This document shows positions 24,680 to 37,674 of a stretch of 64,000 bases of DNA, piece after piece. The first letter of the stretch is position 1. Each line of letters opens with the position of its first letter. Source of the stretch: Cenococcum geophilum (Eukaryota); the NCBI GenBank assembly GCA_050273025.1, contig CP158635.1, positions 10,478,001-10,542,000 on the forward strand, read 5' to 3'. The notes below the pieces were generated by a model. It saw nothing but the letters and a program-made list of their open reading frames with translations, made no database searches and was not told where the DNA came from. The position numbers and the translations under genes are program-made.

Positions 24680-24902
24680 TAAGTTAAGCGCATGCAGTTG
24701 CATGTTTCCAAATCATTGCCGTGGTGGCTAATTAAGGCTAATCTGCAGGTTATCCAAAATACCTCAAGAACAGTAGAAAGTAACGTGATTGTGTGGTTGA
24801 GCTGTAAATAAGATGAAACCTTTGCCACTTCTTTTGTCAACGGCGTGCCTCCTAGCAGATATAAGTGGAATACCAAGCGGCTTGCAATACAATAGTCTAA
24901 GT

Positions 24903-24991
24903 GCCCTCCCTGCTAGTGAGTTTTCAAAATAAGCGAACACTTGCAAAATGGTTGGGCTGTATTATTCTGCTAGCATACTAGCAGGGAGGGC
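24903..24991. repeat. Small inverted repeat element
   Basis: Perfect 15-bp IR GCCCTCCCTGCTAGT (24903-24917)/ACTAGCAGGGAGGGC (24977-24991). Confidence 0.6.
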
Positions 24992-25043
24992 GTCTGCCCC
25001 GTTCGTGTTACCCCCTTGTATTAATGACGTGAGCCTATCTATA

Positions 25044-25186
25044 CACCATCTCGTCAATTCCGGTGGTTAGCGCAGCCACGTCTGCACGGCCTTTTTGTAG
25101 GGGAAGTTTTGGTATTTTTGCTGTTTAAGGGAAAGTAAGGCCGTGCAGACGTGGCTGCGCTAACCGCCGGAATTGACGAGATGGTG
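25044..25186. mobile_element. MITE family B (Tc1/mariner-type)
   Basis: ~50-bp near-perfect TIRs CACCATCTCGTCAATTCCGG..., TA flanks; second copy at 49054-49190. Confidence 0.9.
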
Positions 25187-25700
25187 TAGAGCAGGGCGCG
25201 GGCTCGGGAGTAGGGCTAGGTAATTACCGCGGCACGTTTTCTCGGCACCGTCGACCTCGCCGGAAGCACTAAGTCAGTGTACATCCGGCATCCGGTCTTC
25301 AAGGGCCTCCGATTAACGGCCGTAGATCGTAATTTCAAACGCGACCTTTTGGAACTGAATTAATTATGTCATTCTCGAGCAATTATGAGGATCACTAATT
25401 TTTTCTGCCCTTGGCTGAGAATCATATTTCCTGGTACCTGTCTCACTCAGCTCGCCCGCTGAGCCCCTGCTGAGCCTTGCTGAGCCCTGCCGAACCCAAA
25501 GCTCTCGGATTTGGAATTCCATGAAACGCTACCGTCTGCGGTAAAGCCACCTCTAGCCTCGTCCATTGCTTACGGTAGCTCTTACGATAACGATGATGGT
25601 AGAAGCAGGGCGGTTTTTCCGCGTTTAAATAGTTAACGTACTGCATCACTTAGCTATTCTCTAGTATTGTACCTATTCAGTTGGATGAGGAATAGCCGTC

Positions 25701-26703
25701 ATGGACCAGACAGCATTTATCGCAGAGCACCTCGCCGAAACTTCAGGCTTCACAATACACCTTAGCCCTGTTCAAATCTTTATTGGGCTGGGCCTATTGA
25801 TGGTCATTCTCCTGAGCAATGCCAAAAGCCTTCTGTTCATGTGGCACGTAAATATTTCCCTCCCTTTCCCTAATCCACAGTGCTTTTCTCGCATACTAAT
25901 CGTGGGCACAGGGACGACTCCTACTTCAACTTACACGGCATCTCCTACTCCAGCGTTCACGGCTTACAATAAAGAGCGCAGATCATGGCGCTGAGAGCAT
26001 CTTCCTACCAGTGATAACTTCCTCCTACACTCCGCTGCTAGATATCGACTACAACTTGCACAAATCCAACAGCACCTTCTTTTCTGACCTTGACGACAAC
26101 CGTACCGAACTCATGCTCGCGCTTTTCAAAGATGTGCTCTCTCCACAAAAGTGCGGTAAAAATACCTTGATCCAAAAGACGATAAATCTCGGCGGGACGT
26201 CCTGCACCTTCAAGAAACCTATCCCGCCTTTCGCGCGTTACGAGATCTCGTCACGGATTCTCTGCTGGGATCAGAAGTGGGTTTACGTCGTAAGCCACTT
26301 TACGCGACCGGGCTCGAATAGACCAACGCGGCTCTTGGTGGGTCCCCAGGCTGCGAAGCCCTCAAAAGCTACTGGAGAGGCAAAGAAAGCCGAAGACCAA
26401 GAAGATTGCATATACGCAACTGCAATAGCGAAGTACGTCTTCAAAGCTGGCCGCGTTACCTGCTCCCCAGAGACCGTTATGACAGAATGCGGCCTTCTTC
26501 CCCCCCGACCTTCTACGGAAGAGCAACAGGGTTCTGAAGACGGAACTTTAAATGAAAAAAAGGGACGACAGAGCCACTGGTCGTGGTCTGATGTCCAGGA
26601 TGAGTGCCAGAAGCACTTGGAGCTGGCGCACAACTTTGCGGATCTCGACCAGCTTCATGGAACATTCATCGGGAGATCAGGGGCTGCAATATATGCTTAC
26701 TGA
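25701..26703 (+). CDS. HotDog-fold thioesterase family protein
   Basis: Intron 25848-25911 joins the two ORFs; motifs DIDYNLHKSNSTFFSDLD, FKKPIPPF..YEI.SRILCWD.KW.Y. Confidence 0.85.
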
Positions 26704-27973
26704 ATACTTCGATTGCAACGGAGTCGGGAGTTTCGATCTTGCTCGTGTCAATTAATTTCAAATCCGTCTGGATGCCTTATATATACTAGACAACTTCTGC
26801 TTATGTCTTTCAAAGTGAATGGATCATATGAACTTGCGCCGCTCATCGTCCTGCTTTCTTTCCTGGCCCTAAAGTTATGTTACGTAGTCAACGATAATCC
26901 AGCCACTGCATCGAGCATATGTCACAGATTTAAAAAGTCACATTCTCGCCTCACTAAATATGTGTAATTTTAAGCACGCATCGGGTAGTTAATTCTCAAA
27001 CCGGCGAGTCTTAGACCAACTAAAAATGCCGCTTTTCCCTGACACTTTTTTTAGCTAAAGAAGTGAAACCTCATCCGAAATATAGATCTGTAAAATTTCA
27101 TCTATTAGATGATTACGACTTAGAATTGTGATGTCTTGATCGCAGCGGCAGCTCTCCATAGTTGAGGTGGGGATAAATTTTTTAGAATAACAGATAAACT
27201 TAGAAGCCTAGTAATTAGCTATCCTCCGCTTACTTCAGCTTATCTCTAAATTTATTGTGAGAGTAGGGGTTTCTTCTAAGGCAATATCAAATAGCGTTAA
27301 ACACAAGTACATAATCTTTACGAACGCGATGCGGTGCAGGGCCATATGGCGCACGTATTGACAGGAAGACCCGGAACTGGAAATCAATAGTTTTATCACG
27401 ACACGGACTCTGTAAGTCTGCAAGCGCGGTTTGTAAAATTTGCAGCATGAGAATGTAACGAATAAGCTTGAAGTTTGTTTCCAGGTTCCGCCCGGTGGCC
27501 GTGCGCTTGCGACACCCGAGGAGAGGTTTCAACCCCAGCCCTGCATGTCAGTTTCGCGTGGATTACACGGCCTTAATCAAGTGGCATATTTCCAGCGTCC
27601 GGGATCTACCCGAGGGCTGGGCGCATGCGCTCTAGGGTGTTCCTGGGTGGTGGGGCGATGGGCATTCCCTGCATGTCATCTTTTCCAGAACCCAGCGGTC
27701 ATTAAGCTTAAAATGAAGCAAGGCTATTTTGGGTGTCGAGCTCGAGCCTTGCAAGATGATGTTGGCCATTGTTTAGAGGGGCTTGGAACCTGCGCCACAG
27801 AGATGGGGCCGTTGGCATGTATTTCCTCAACTTGGCCTTAAATCTCACCTCATTGACCGTAACTGGAGGAGTATGTTAATGCGTTGATGCTCGCTGACTG
27901 ACAAATAAGAACGGTCGGAACCTCTTTATACCTTTTTTCCTCTAGCAATTTCGATTCACCTCGACACCAAAAA

Positions 27974-29760
27974 ATGGGGTTTCTACGCTCTTCTCAGTTA
28001 CCTTCCAGCTTGGAGTTTCATGGCCTTACTCGGTATATTACAGCACCTCCAATGCTTTTTATACCGACGATATTTGTCATTATTTGCCTTATCACTCGGA
28101 TAATAACCGAAATTCAAAAACGTATCTCTCAGAACCAGGTAGATGCGGTAACCAAGACGCCGAGCCAGGTTCCCTACTGGGTACCATTTGTGGGGTCTGC
28201 ATTTTCGTTCGCGAAGGATATTGAGGGCACAATTGCCCGCGATCGGTAGGTACTCGCATAGATTACGTCTTTGAGCTGGCAATTAATGAGCAAAACTGCA
28301 GAGACTCCAGTGGAGATGGCGTCATTTCCTACCGAATTGGCCTTTCCAAATATTATGTCGTCAACATGCCATCCCTCGTACAGCAGATCTTTGCGCAGAA
28401 GTTATCGACTCTCTCCAAAGAGAAAATCCTCGAATGGTTTATGAACGTCACGTTTGCTGATGGCCATGCCACGCGGGATGAGCACCACGCATTCCACGAG
28501 GGGCATAAAGCTCTGAATATGATGCTCAAGGACGACTTCATCACGGAAGCGACAACCAAAACCGCGCGTGCCGTGGAAACGCAGGTTGGCAGTCTGGTGA
28601 CCTCAGCACCATGGCCATCTCCAGCCGAGGAAGGCAAAGATCTCGAACCCTGGGAGAAGGCGGGCGATGTTACATTCCACAATGATGGGACTGTCGATGC
28701 CAATTTTTATTCACTAATTGTCAACTACATGGGCCAAATCGTCATCGATATGCTCTGGGGGAAAGCCTTGATCAGGAACAATCCAGGTTTGCAGAAAGAT
28801 CTCTGGGATTTTGACGAAGGCGTTCACCACCTAGTGACGTCTTTGCTTGCCATGTCTGCAGCAGGCCGTCGCGCCGTTACGGCTCGAACGAGACTCACCA
28901 AAGCCATGGAGGAGTGGCATACTGCAATGGCGGCTGTTCAACGAGGCGACGACCCTGGCCCACAGTATCAGGACTTGGATGACGTTTCAGAGGTAATGCG
29001 AGTTCGAGTGAAGACTTGGGTCGAGAACCGCGCTTCCGCCAAACTGCAAGGAACTAACGATGTCTCCGTGTTGTGGGGTGTAAACGTGAACTCGAACAAG
29101 AATGTCTTCTGGATGCTGCTCCAAATCTATTCCCGGCCTGAGCTTCTGTCCGACATCCGTGAGGAAATTGCGGAGTACGTCAAAGTATCTCCGACCGGCG
29201 AGTGCGGCTCGAATGGTTTCTCCAAGCTACAAATCGATGTTGATGGGCTCTGCAAAAACTGTCCGCTGATCAAAGCATCGTTCTACGAGACCATGAGGAT
29301 GAACATGTCAGGTCTTGGGATCCGACAGGTCAACCAAGACCTGGTCTTGAAAGAGTCGGCTCATGACGCCACCATGTTCGGCAAGAAACGACCACAGTCC
29401 TATCGCATCCCGGCGGGCAGTACACTCGTGCTCGGCAACGGTACCATGCAGCAGGATCCGCGTATCTTTGAAGACCCGGATCAGTTCCGACCGCAGCGCT
29501 TCATCGACAAAGAAGGAAAGGACGGGAGTGTCCGCGTCAACATGAAGAACCTACATACATTTGGCGGGGGGTCTTACAAGTGCAAAGGACGTTATTTCGC
29601 TGAGAAGGAGATGCTGATTTTTGCAGCAAGCATTTTGGTCATGTGGGATGTAGGCCCTGTAGATTGTGATGCTCTTATACTCCCCAAAATGGGTCTAGCA
29701 GGGGCGTCACGCTCTCCAGCGGCAGACATCCGGGTGCGCCTGGCGCGGCGTTACCAGTGA
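27974..29760 (+). CDS. Cytochrome P450 (CYP7/CYP8-like fungal group)
   Basis: N-terminal TM then PYWVPFVGSA; intron ~28246-28302; ETMR (ExxR), FRPQRF, heme motif FGGGSYKCKGR. Confidence 0.95.
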
Positions 29761-30729
29761 TTTTGTACGCTAAGTGGTGTAATTATACTTAATGTATTTA
29801 TTTGTTCAAATCAACGCTGTTAATTATATCCTAATTACCCGACACTCTATAGTACAGCGTTTAAACGGTTTTTCCTTATTTGACCTAGCCGTGTATAGTT
29901 GAAATCTAGTATATGCAACTTAGGGGCTTACACTAGCCTATGGGATGTCGGTGGGGATGTTGGTATTAACGCTAGGGCGGCAGTCAAGAAGAAAAGGCGA
30001 TAGCATCGACCTAACATTTCTACACTTTGAAGGTGTTCCAGAGTACAGCGTTTAAGAAGTCGTTCGGTTGCAACTTCAAATTAATCTGAATGCTTCAGAA
30101 TATGTTGATTCGGAGTAATTTTGCCTGCACAGCCTCATAATACTTCTTCCTACCTACATGTCTTTCAATGAACCGAGCCTGGTTTCAGCCATGCTGAAGC
30201 AGAATTTGATCCATAGGTTATCATCATGAGAGGTAATTTTTAGAGGCGGCGTTAAACGGTCAGAATGTAAGGCCCAGGAGATGGGGGAAAAAGCGGCGAA
30301 GGACATGGGCAATTTCCGCGGCACGCTAATTTAAAGCCTATCTCCGGCCCAATAGGGTTGTAGAATGTTACAATGGAGATGGTGTTAGTAAAGCCGATAT
30401 AAACGTGCATTGACGATTTTCTCCTGGTCTTGTTGGGAAAATCCCGGCAGATTGTCGGCCGAGGGTATTTTCGGGTAGTTAATTTCTTCGGGCCACGTCT
30501 CATGTGATACAGTAGCCCTATCAGTGGCGTGTCAGCCAAAAACACGGCGGCTAGATACATCCCTTCAACGACTAAAGCATCATGCTTCAATACTAGGGAT
30601 CAAGGAACACATTCTGGCACCTTCAGCTTGAGCAAACTGTCTGTCTTGGTTATCGGATTTAATCACTGGTTCATGTCGTTTTTTTAATCATTGGTAAATC
30701 CTCCTGCATTCACACACTAACAAACTAGC

Positions 30730-31825
30730 TTAGTGGTAGTAAACAGATGCCACAGGCTTTACTACTGGCCAAGCAGCATCCAGAGCCTGTACAACCTCCT
30801 CTGGCAATGCACCCTTCTCCAAGTCCACCAAGTTCTGCTCTAATTGCTTCGCACTACTCGCGCCAATAATTACCGTGTCACCGAACTCCCGCTTCAACTG
30901 TGAATGATGGCTGAGCCATCTGAGCGCACACTCGGCTTCTGTCAACCCATGCTTCTTAGCCACGGGCCGAACGATATCTAACGCGTCGAAGTATGCCTCG
31001 TTCCAGTAGCGTGCGCGGGTGAACCGGCCTTGCCAGCGGTTCGGGTCGAAGCGCGAGCCCGCCTCCACGTCTTCGTCCTTAGTGTCGCGTTGGTAGCGAT
31101 CTGTCAGGAATCCGCCGGCCAGGGGGTTAAAAACATAGAGCGATAGGCCATAATGCCGGAGACAGGGGACCAGCTCCGGCTCAACATTGCGATGCAGCGC
31201 GTTATAGAGTCCCTGGTAGACCGACGGCATCAACCAGCCGTTGCGCTTGCATAACTCACATATCTCTGCGACTTCCCAGCTCATGAAGTTCGAAATGCCC
31301 CAGCGCTCGAAGTGGCCCTCCTTGTAGAGCTTGTTGATCTCTCGCACTGTCTCCTCAAACGGTGTCGTGCGGTCTGGACCGTGCAAGTAGTACAGATCGA
31401 GCTTTTCTGCCTTCAGCGCCGCCTTGCTTCGCATCAGTGCCGTGCGCACGTCCTCCGGCTTGTGCGTGTAGTGCTCTGTTCCAAGATTGCGTATTTGCTC
31501 CTTCGTTGCGCTCGGGTAGACCTTGGTGGCGATCTGTAGGCCACGCTTCTCCCACCCGACGGCCCCCAAGTATTCTTCGGACGAACCATGGCCGTAGATC
31601 CGAGCTGTGTCGACCATTGTGTAGCCATGCGCTTGGAACGTATCAAGGAGGGCGCCGGTGGCTTCAAGTGTTGTGACGCGTGTCATTTCAGCGCCTAATC
31701 ACTCTCGTTAGCCGATAGTTGAAAACCTGGGTTGAGGTATGACGACGGCGAGGTAACTTACCTGGTTTGCCAATCGTCATGGCACCGAGGACTACCTCAA
31801 GTGCACTCTTCTGTGCAGAAGCCAT
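30730..31825 (-). CDS. Aldo-keto reductase (AKR7 / aflatoxin aldehyde reductase-like)
   Basis: VVLGAMTIG exon, intron ~31696-31761; DTARIY, ATK, LYYLHGPD, GISN, YQGLYN, FNPLAGG. Confidence 0.95.
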
Positions 31826-32529
31826 GTTGTAGGAGTGGTAAATGAGATGTAGAATTGAAAGCAGTGAAATGTATAATAGTAAATGTGTTTTTAAGTAGCT
31901 CTATGAGCTTCTCAAGTATTAGACGGATTTGAACAGTGAATGAAATTCCGTGCCTTTATCATATACATTTGATAAATCTGGAGATACTCTAAAATTAAGT
32001 TACTGTATCTCCGCTAACAGCGGGTTAACTCCGCCTAGCTGCTATGAATAACTAAAAAGTCTACAATGCCAGCCCAGTTCTACAACTGACCGTGGCTCTC
32101 CCTCAGCCGATAAAACGCCCCGTTATGCAAGAGAAAGTACAGCCATTTTAATCACTGTCTTATCAGCATACGGGTCGGCATTGGGTTCAAATGGGCTATC
32201 CCTATAAACTGCCCAGGGTCCAAACGGGTAGGGCGGTTGGTGATATCGCTCATTGGCTTAGAGGCTTGATGAAGCCCAGTCCAATCCAAACGCATTACAC
32301 TAGCTTAATATCACGAGGCTTGGCATGACGACTTTTTGACGACATACTCTACTAACTATACCACTTATGGCTTAATTATATATAATTTAGGCCCTCTTAA
32401 TCGGATTAAACGGGATTGTCGTTTGGGTAGCTATGGATTGCGGCTCAAAATCTATTGGATTGGCTTGGATTACCCCAATCTGGATTGTAATCGTTTGGAT
32501 TAGTACCGCTTATGCCCCACCCTCTTCGA

Positions 32530-33027
32530 GCAATTCTATGCCCCCTTGTGCACGCTTCCTGCGCTGTATTTCCTACAAGACCGACCGCCGGTTGAACTCG
32601 CCCGCTTACGTGCGCTGGAACTGAAGTTCGGCAATGCCGACGAGCCGTTTGCGCCGCGGTCGGATTTCAGCAATGGCCAGCATTAGGGGACGCTCTTTAG
32701 GAGGCTGAGTGTGGCCCGCGGAATTGGAAATGGGTTGACCAGTTGCTGGATGCGTTTAAGGACTACAAGTTGGAGCGGGTTAGGATTAGGCTCTGTGTCG
32801 AGGGGTTAGACCCCGAGCCGTTTGGTTTGGAGGGGACTAAGGCCTTTTTGGCGGTTTTGAGAAGGGGATTACTGAGAGGTAGGGAAAGCCTGGGCGTAGC
32901 GCGTATCGAACCTGCCAAAGATCTTCATAGAAATGAGACCGTGGATAGTAGGTTGTTGATTGAGCGTGACGATTTTGAGGGTGGGAGGAGTTTTGGGGTA
33001 GATGAGGTAAGAGCTGGAAGGCATTGA
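32530..33027 (+). pseudogene. Degenerate fragment of a fungal hypothetical protein (C-terminal part)
   Basis: Protein-like reading TLPALYFLQDRPPVELARLRALEL with an in-frame stop at ~32683; no 5' part found. Confidence 0.3.
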
Positions 33028-33080
33028 TTATAGAAGTGGCGTCCATACATATTTGAGAGAGTTATTGTTAATTAATGGGT

Positions 33081-33770
33081 TCAGGAACAGAACGAATCCT
33101 TAGAGAAGGGTAGCCTCGTCGTGATAACGTTTAATCTATAGCAGCTTTCAGTTAATTCGGGGATCTTTTTGTGATAGGTCCGTGACTTGAAGTTAAAGAC
33201 TCCTACTTGTTTGAAGTAATCCCTGTTCTTGGTGCATTTCACGAAAGCACTACTGTCTTTTTCTGCTGCTCTCATCCCCCACTGGAGATCACAGTATGAG
33301 CTCATAACACACCTTTAACAAATTTCTACCGAACCAATATTACACTATCGTAAATATTCATAGCTAAAGGGTAGTCTCGCGTCTCTGTGATCAAAACTGG
33401 TCACCCAAGTGCTGCGGGAATACACAAGATTGCGTAATGTTCTTTCATATTTGACTGAGTAGGAGGTGATTGTGTTATGACCGCAACCAAGGAAACTCTC
33501 TTGACTTGCAATAATGCAGATAGTATCTCGAACTAGAGCGAAAGTATAGATAAAGATCCGGAGCTTTTGTGGCAACTCGAGGAATGGGAAAAAACAACGC
33601 TTAAGAGAACTGTCCGGCTTGAAGATGTGTTCCGGCCACGCCGTGTTCCGCTGATTGCCATGGTGAGCAGGATGGGTTGGGTTCGCTGAATAGTTGGACG
33701 CGCCACCTGTCATTGTTGATACGCTCTTGATTGAGTCGTGCGGAAAGACGTAAGTGCGTGATCTTAGCAT
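33081..33770 (-). CDS. Hypothetical protein or pseudogene with an F-box-like motif
   Basis: FPFLELPQKLRIFIYTFAL in ORF 33345-33770; downstream exon structure unresolved. Confidence 0.4.
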
Positions 33771-34489
33771 GAGGTTCGGGCACGCTGAGATTAAACATGC
33801 AAAGAGAAGTTTGCTATTACAAATTCTTTAGCAGTAGGCTACCGCAAATGAGGTGAGTTGACAGTATGACCTCAGGAGGAAGTAGCGATTATTGAGTGTT
33901 CGATGAGTTTTTGTGGACGATAATTGAGAAGGACTAAGAAGTTGGGGAGTTTATTTGAATCGTTGGACTTAAGCGATTAAAATTGGATGAAACATGAAAG
34001 GTTAAAGTTAAGGGAACTGAAGTAGAGAATGTGACGGCAGCTCGCCTGGCTGCATATTTGTGAATGATATCTTGACCTTCACCGCAATTCTATGGCGGCT
34101 CACGGGCCACGACCATCCGGCCTCAGTCGCGACTACATATCCCGGACAGAAACGGCTATATTCTCCATCCCTTTGTTACTCCACTAGAGTAGAGAGGGTT
34201 GCCAATGTAGGATGTTTCTTCGTCCAGCTCTGATAAAAGCATACTGACCGTTTACAGCACGGCAAGGTGAACAAGCTATACCAACCACCGTTTATCAGGC
34301 AACGTGAATAATCTGTACACAAGCTTCATCACTTCGTTTGCTCCCACCAGATCCACGCCAGGCTTCCATCCCGTGCGACTACTGTACCAACGCGAGACAG
34401 GTCGCTATGTTTAGGCCATCCTGAGAGAACATCCAAAGCAAAAGAGTGTATCCTCAATATTTCTTGATCAATTTTGGAGGAAGAGCAGG

Positions 34490-36159
34490 ATGCCCAGTAA
34501 GAAACAGAGGCAGAAGAGGAAGAAGCAAGCCCTCGAAGCAGCGGCTGATGCTAATTTCGGTGGCGCAAGCGACGAATCTCTCGGAGATGGCCCGACAGAA
34601 CTTCCGACATCGAAGAAAGCGAAGACAGAAGCCTCCAACCAGGACGAAGACAACCCCAACTGCATCAAGCTAATTAACCCTCGTCTCAACGGACCTCGCC
34701 GTGGGAGTGAAGCTCGTCAGAACAGACCATCGCCCGTGGATAGCGCCATTGTGCCAGCGCCACTAATGGCGGATGAACATGTCGGGCCTCACCCATCCTT
34801 CATCGAAATTGCCAAACCCTACATTTTCGAGCAAAAAGTGCAGGAATGTATCGCCAAGATTGGAATGACCGAGGCGAAGGAAGATGTCGTTCGCCTGCAA
34901 GGTGTAGCGTGGATCGATAATGTGAGGAAATCGATGCAACTGTATGTCCCTCTCAATCCACTCAGATCTCAATGAGTTGTTGCTAATCTCATAAGACCTG
35001 TTCGGACGTTCAACACTGCTATTGTCTACTATCATAAATTTCGCTTGCTTCATGCAGATAACGAGTATAGTTATGTTGTAGGTTCAGTCCTTCAAAAGCC
35101 TATCATTGAATCCCTGCTCAGCAGTACGTAGGACGCGGCAGCAGCAGCTTTGTTCACTGCTTGCAAGATTGAGGACACTCTCAAAAAGTCCAGAGAGATT
35201 CTATGCGCGTCTTGGAATTTGAAGCTTTCGCCAGCAGAACATCTCAGCCCCGATGATCCTGTAAGTGCGCTGTGATAAACACTCGTTGCTTTCCGTCTTA
35301 ATATGCTCACTCCAAGCGAAGTTGTTTGAAACGCACTCGAAAAGCATTATCGGCCTAGAACGTCTGATGCTTGAAGGTGCAAGCTTCGACTTTAGAAACC
35401 GACATCCTCAGAAACTCGTGGTCAAGCTTGTAAAGAGCTGTGCACTTCCCAAGGATACGGTCGGGAAGACCGCCTACAACATGTCGCTCGACCTCTACCG
35501 AACCTTTGCACCGCTGAAGCAGACAACTCCAACTATGGCTATCGCCTGCGTCGAGCTCGCTACTCGTCTCTGCGATGCTGATCCCTCGCGTGTAGTTGGC
35601 GAACGCGGCATCAAATACCGAAGATGGAGCACTAGTCGCGCTGAGGTTATGGGTGAGATCACTCCACCTACTATAATCGATGCTTCAGCCCCTCTATCGA
35701 GTTACGTAAGCTAGAACTCACGAGTTTATAGAGACACTCCTTGACCTTCTTGATCTCTATACCCACCATCGACCCTCGACCACCATAGGATCCCTAAACT
35801 CTCTTGAAACGTTCATCGACATTCGTATAACTCTAAATCAAGAAGCATCTGCAAGCAACCTCCCTCGCTACACGGAATGGACCACGGCACCTAAATCCTC
35901 TCCTATCAACACGAATGGCTTCAGAGTCCGGAATGGCGTTGCACCTACAAGTCCAGCAACACCAATAACACCGGGTACAACATCGCCCGGACAGGGACCT
36001 GCGTCAGCAATTGGAATACGTGGACAGAGTGGTACAGTACGGTTCATGTTAGATGCAGGACGAGCCAAGGAAGAACAAAAGACGGTCGAGACTTTCTTCA
36101 AAGCTGAAGAGGAAGAAATTGAGGTCGAGTGTGAGGTGGACAGACGAAAGCCGCGCTGA
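34490..36159 (+). CDS. CTK2: Cyclin, RNA Pol II CTD kinase I beta subunit-like (CTK2/cyclin K type)
   Basis: GPHPSFIEIAKPY, RLQGVAWIDNVR, TAIVYYHKFRL, ALFTACKIEDTLKKSREI, GTVRFMLD; four introns; start may be ATG 34767. Confidence 0.85.
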
Positions 36160-37674
36160 GAGCTGCAGCGATGGCGGGAAATACTTACTATACCCCTGCG
36201 CACATACCTGCGTCCGCAAGACTTCACGAAGCTTCAGCCCTAACGCACCACATCTGCGAGATGGGACTTTCAAGCTAATGAAGGAATTGCGCCTCCTTTG
36301 GTGCTTTAACGGAAAGGGAAAACTATATCCATGATTGCCCAAGCATTTCAGCTTTCTCTAGTCGGGTACCCCGGTCGACGACCTATATATTTGGACACCT
36401 CACATGGCCGCCCCTCGGGCATGCCTGGCAGCTGCTGTGTAAAGTTGGTAAGCTAGACGGCTGCATTCCGACATCATGGTATGTGAATAATAATTTTCTC
36501 TGAAGTAGATATCTATTCAGAGACTGCCGATTTTTTATCAATTTTGGTTCCGAATTGATTCAACTTACCGCTTGTTCCGTTTCCCGTCCTCCTTTGCTGT
36601 GATAACCCTTTTATCCGCATTGCAACGTGGGAGAGCCGCTCCCATTCTCAAATTCCCATGATATTGAGTACATTCAGTTGATCAATGCAAATAACGAAAC
36701 TGTTTGGAACTGCATGGAATCGTCACATAGCCGAATTTACTCACTTATATCATCATACTCACAATTAATAGTACGAGATGGTCTGAAAGCAATGAGGTTC
36801 CTTTGGGTTCCTTTAATGATTCAAACAACCTTTCCAAACATTGGTTCAAACATCAATCCATTAAACGATATCCAATGGATGCCTGTCCCACAACAGAAGC
36901 TATCATTTTGAATACAATAGAGACGAACTTAAGACAAATGAATGTACTTATTTGAGAAACTTCACGTTCTTAGTCGAGAGGTTTGCATGAGGAAGGGAAC
37001 GAAAACCTAGCGCCACCGCAGATTCCTCAGTCTCGGGGAGATGTTTTCGGAGAATTATGAAGACATACTAAGGGCTGCAGCGAAGCAAATCTGTGACTAT
37101 GTCAAATATCGATATGCGCATCCACAAACTAGAGTCTCAATCACTGGGTCTTTGTATTCGATGGCTCGGGCGTGTTTAGATGATCCCTTCAGTTTGTGAA
37201 TTCTTCGATATTACCGAAGTCCTCTATTGTATCAAAAAAATGGCAGAAATTTCTTATGTGCTTGAACGTAGCAGATCCACTTCGCTTCACTTCACATACC
37301 ACCGCAAGCAAAAGGGAATGTCGGACCATAAAACAATCTTCGCCACGCTTCCACTTCACCTCGCGTTCTCCACTCCTCTATGTCCTGAGCTCTTCTATTC
37401 AACTGCTGCATGCTATCCTCGAAGTGGTGAGTCTCCGTGAGTGACTCAGCATAATGTCTCCCCCTACAATTCAACCGTCGCTAATATCTATTCCAGTGAC
37501 TGCGTCCTTCTCACCTAGCCTGTAGCCATCGCTACTGATCCTACCCACAAATTGTCCTTGATCGTTAAAGCTTCTACGGGTATGTCTTCTACCACGCCAT
37601 CTCCGTGTAGGCCTTGCTGACCATCCTGACAAATTCTCAGCTTCATTTTTGATTGTGGAGGTCTATCTGCAAAG

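Noticed and set aside
36627..37440. Possible gene or pseudogene between the cyclin and MYND genes
   Set aside because: Short ORFs with stops and no recognisable motif.
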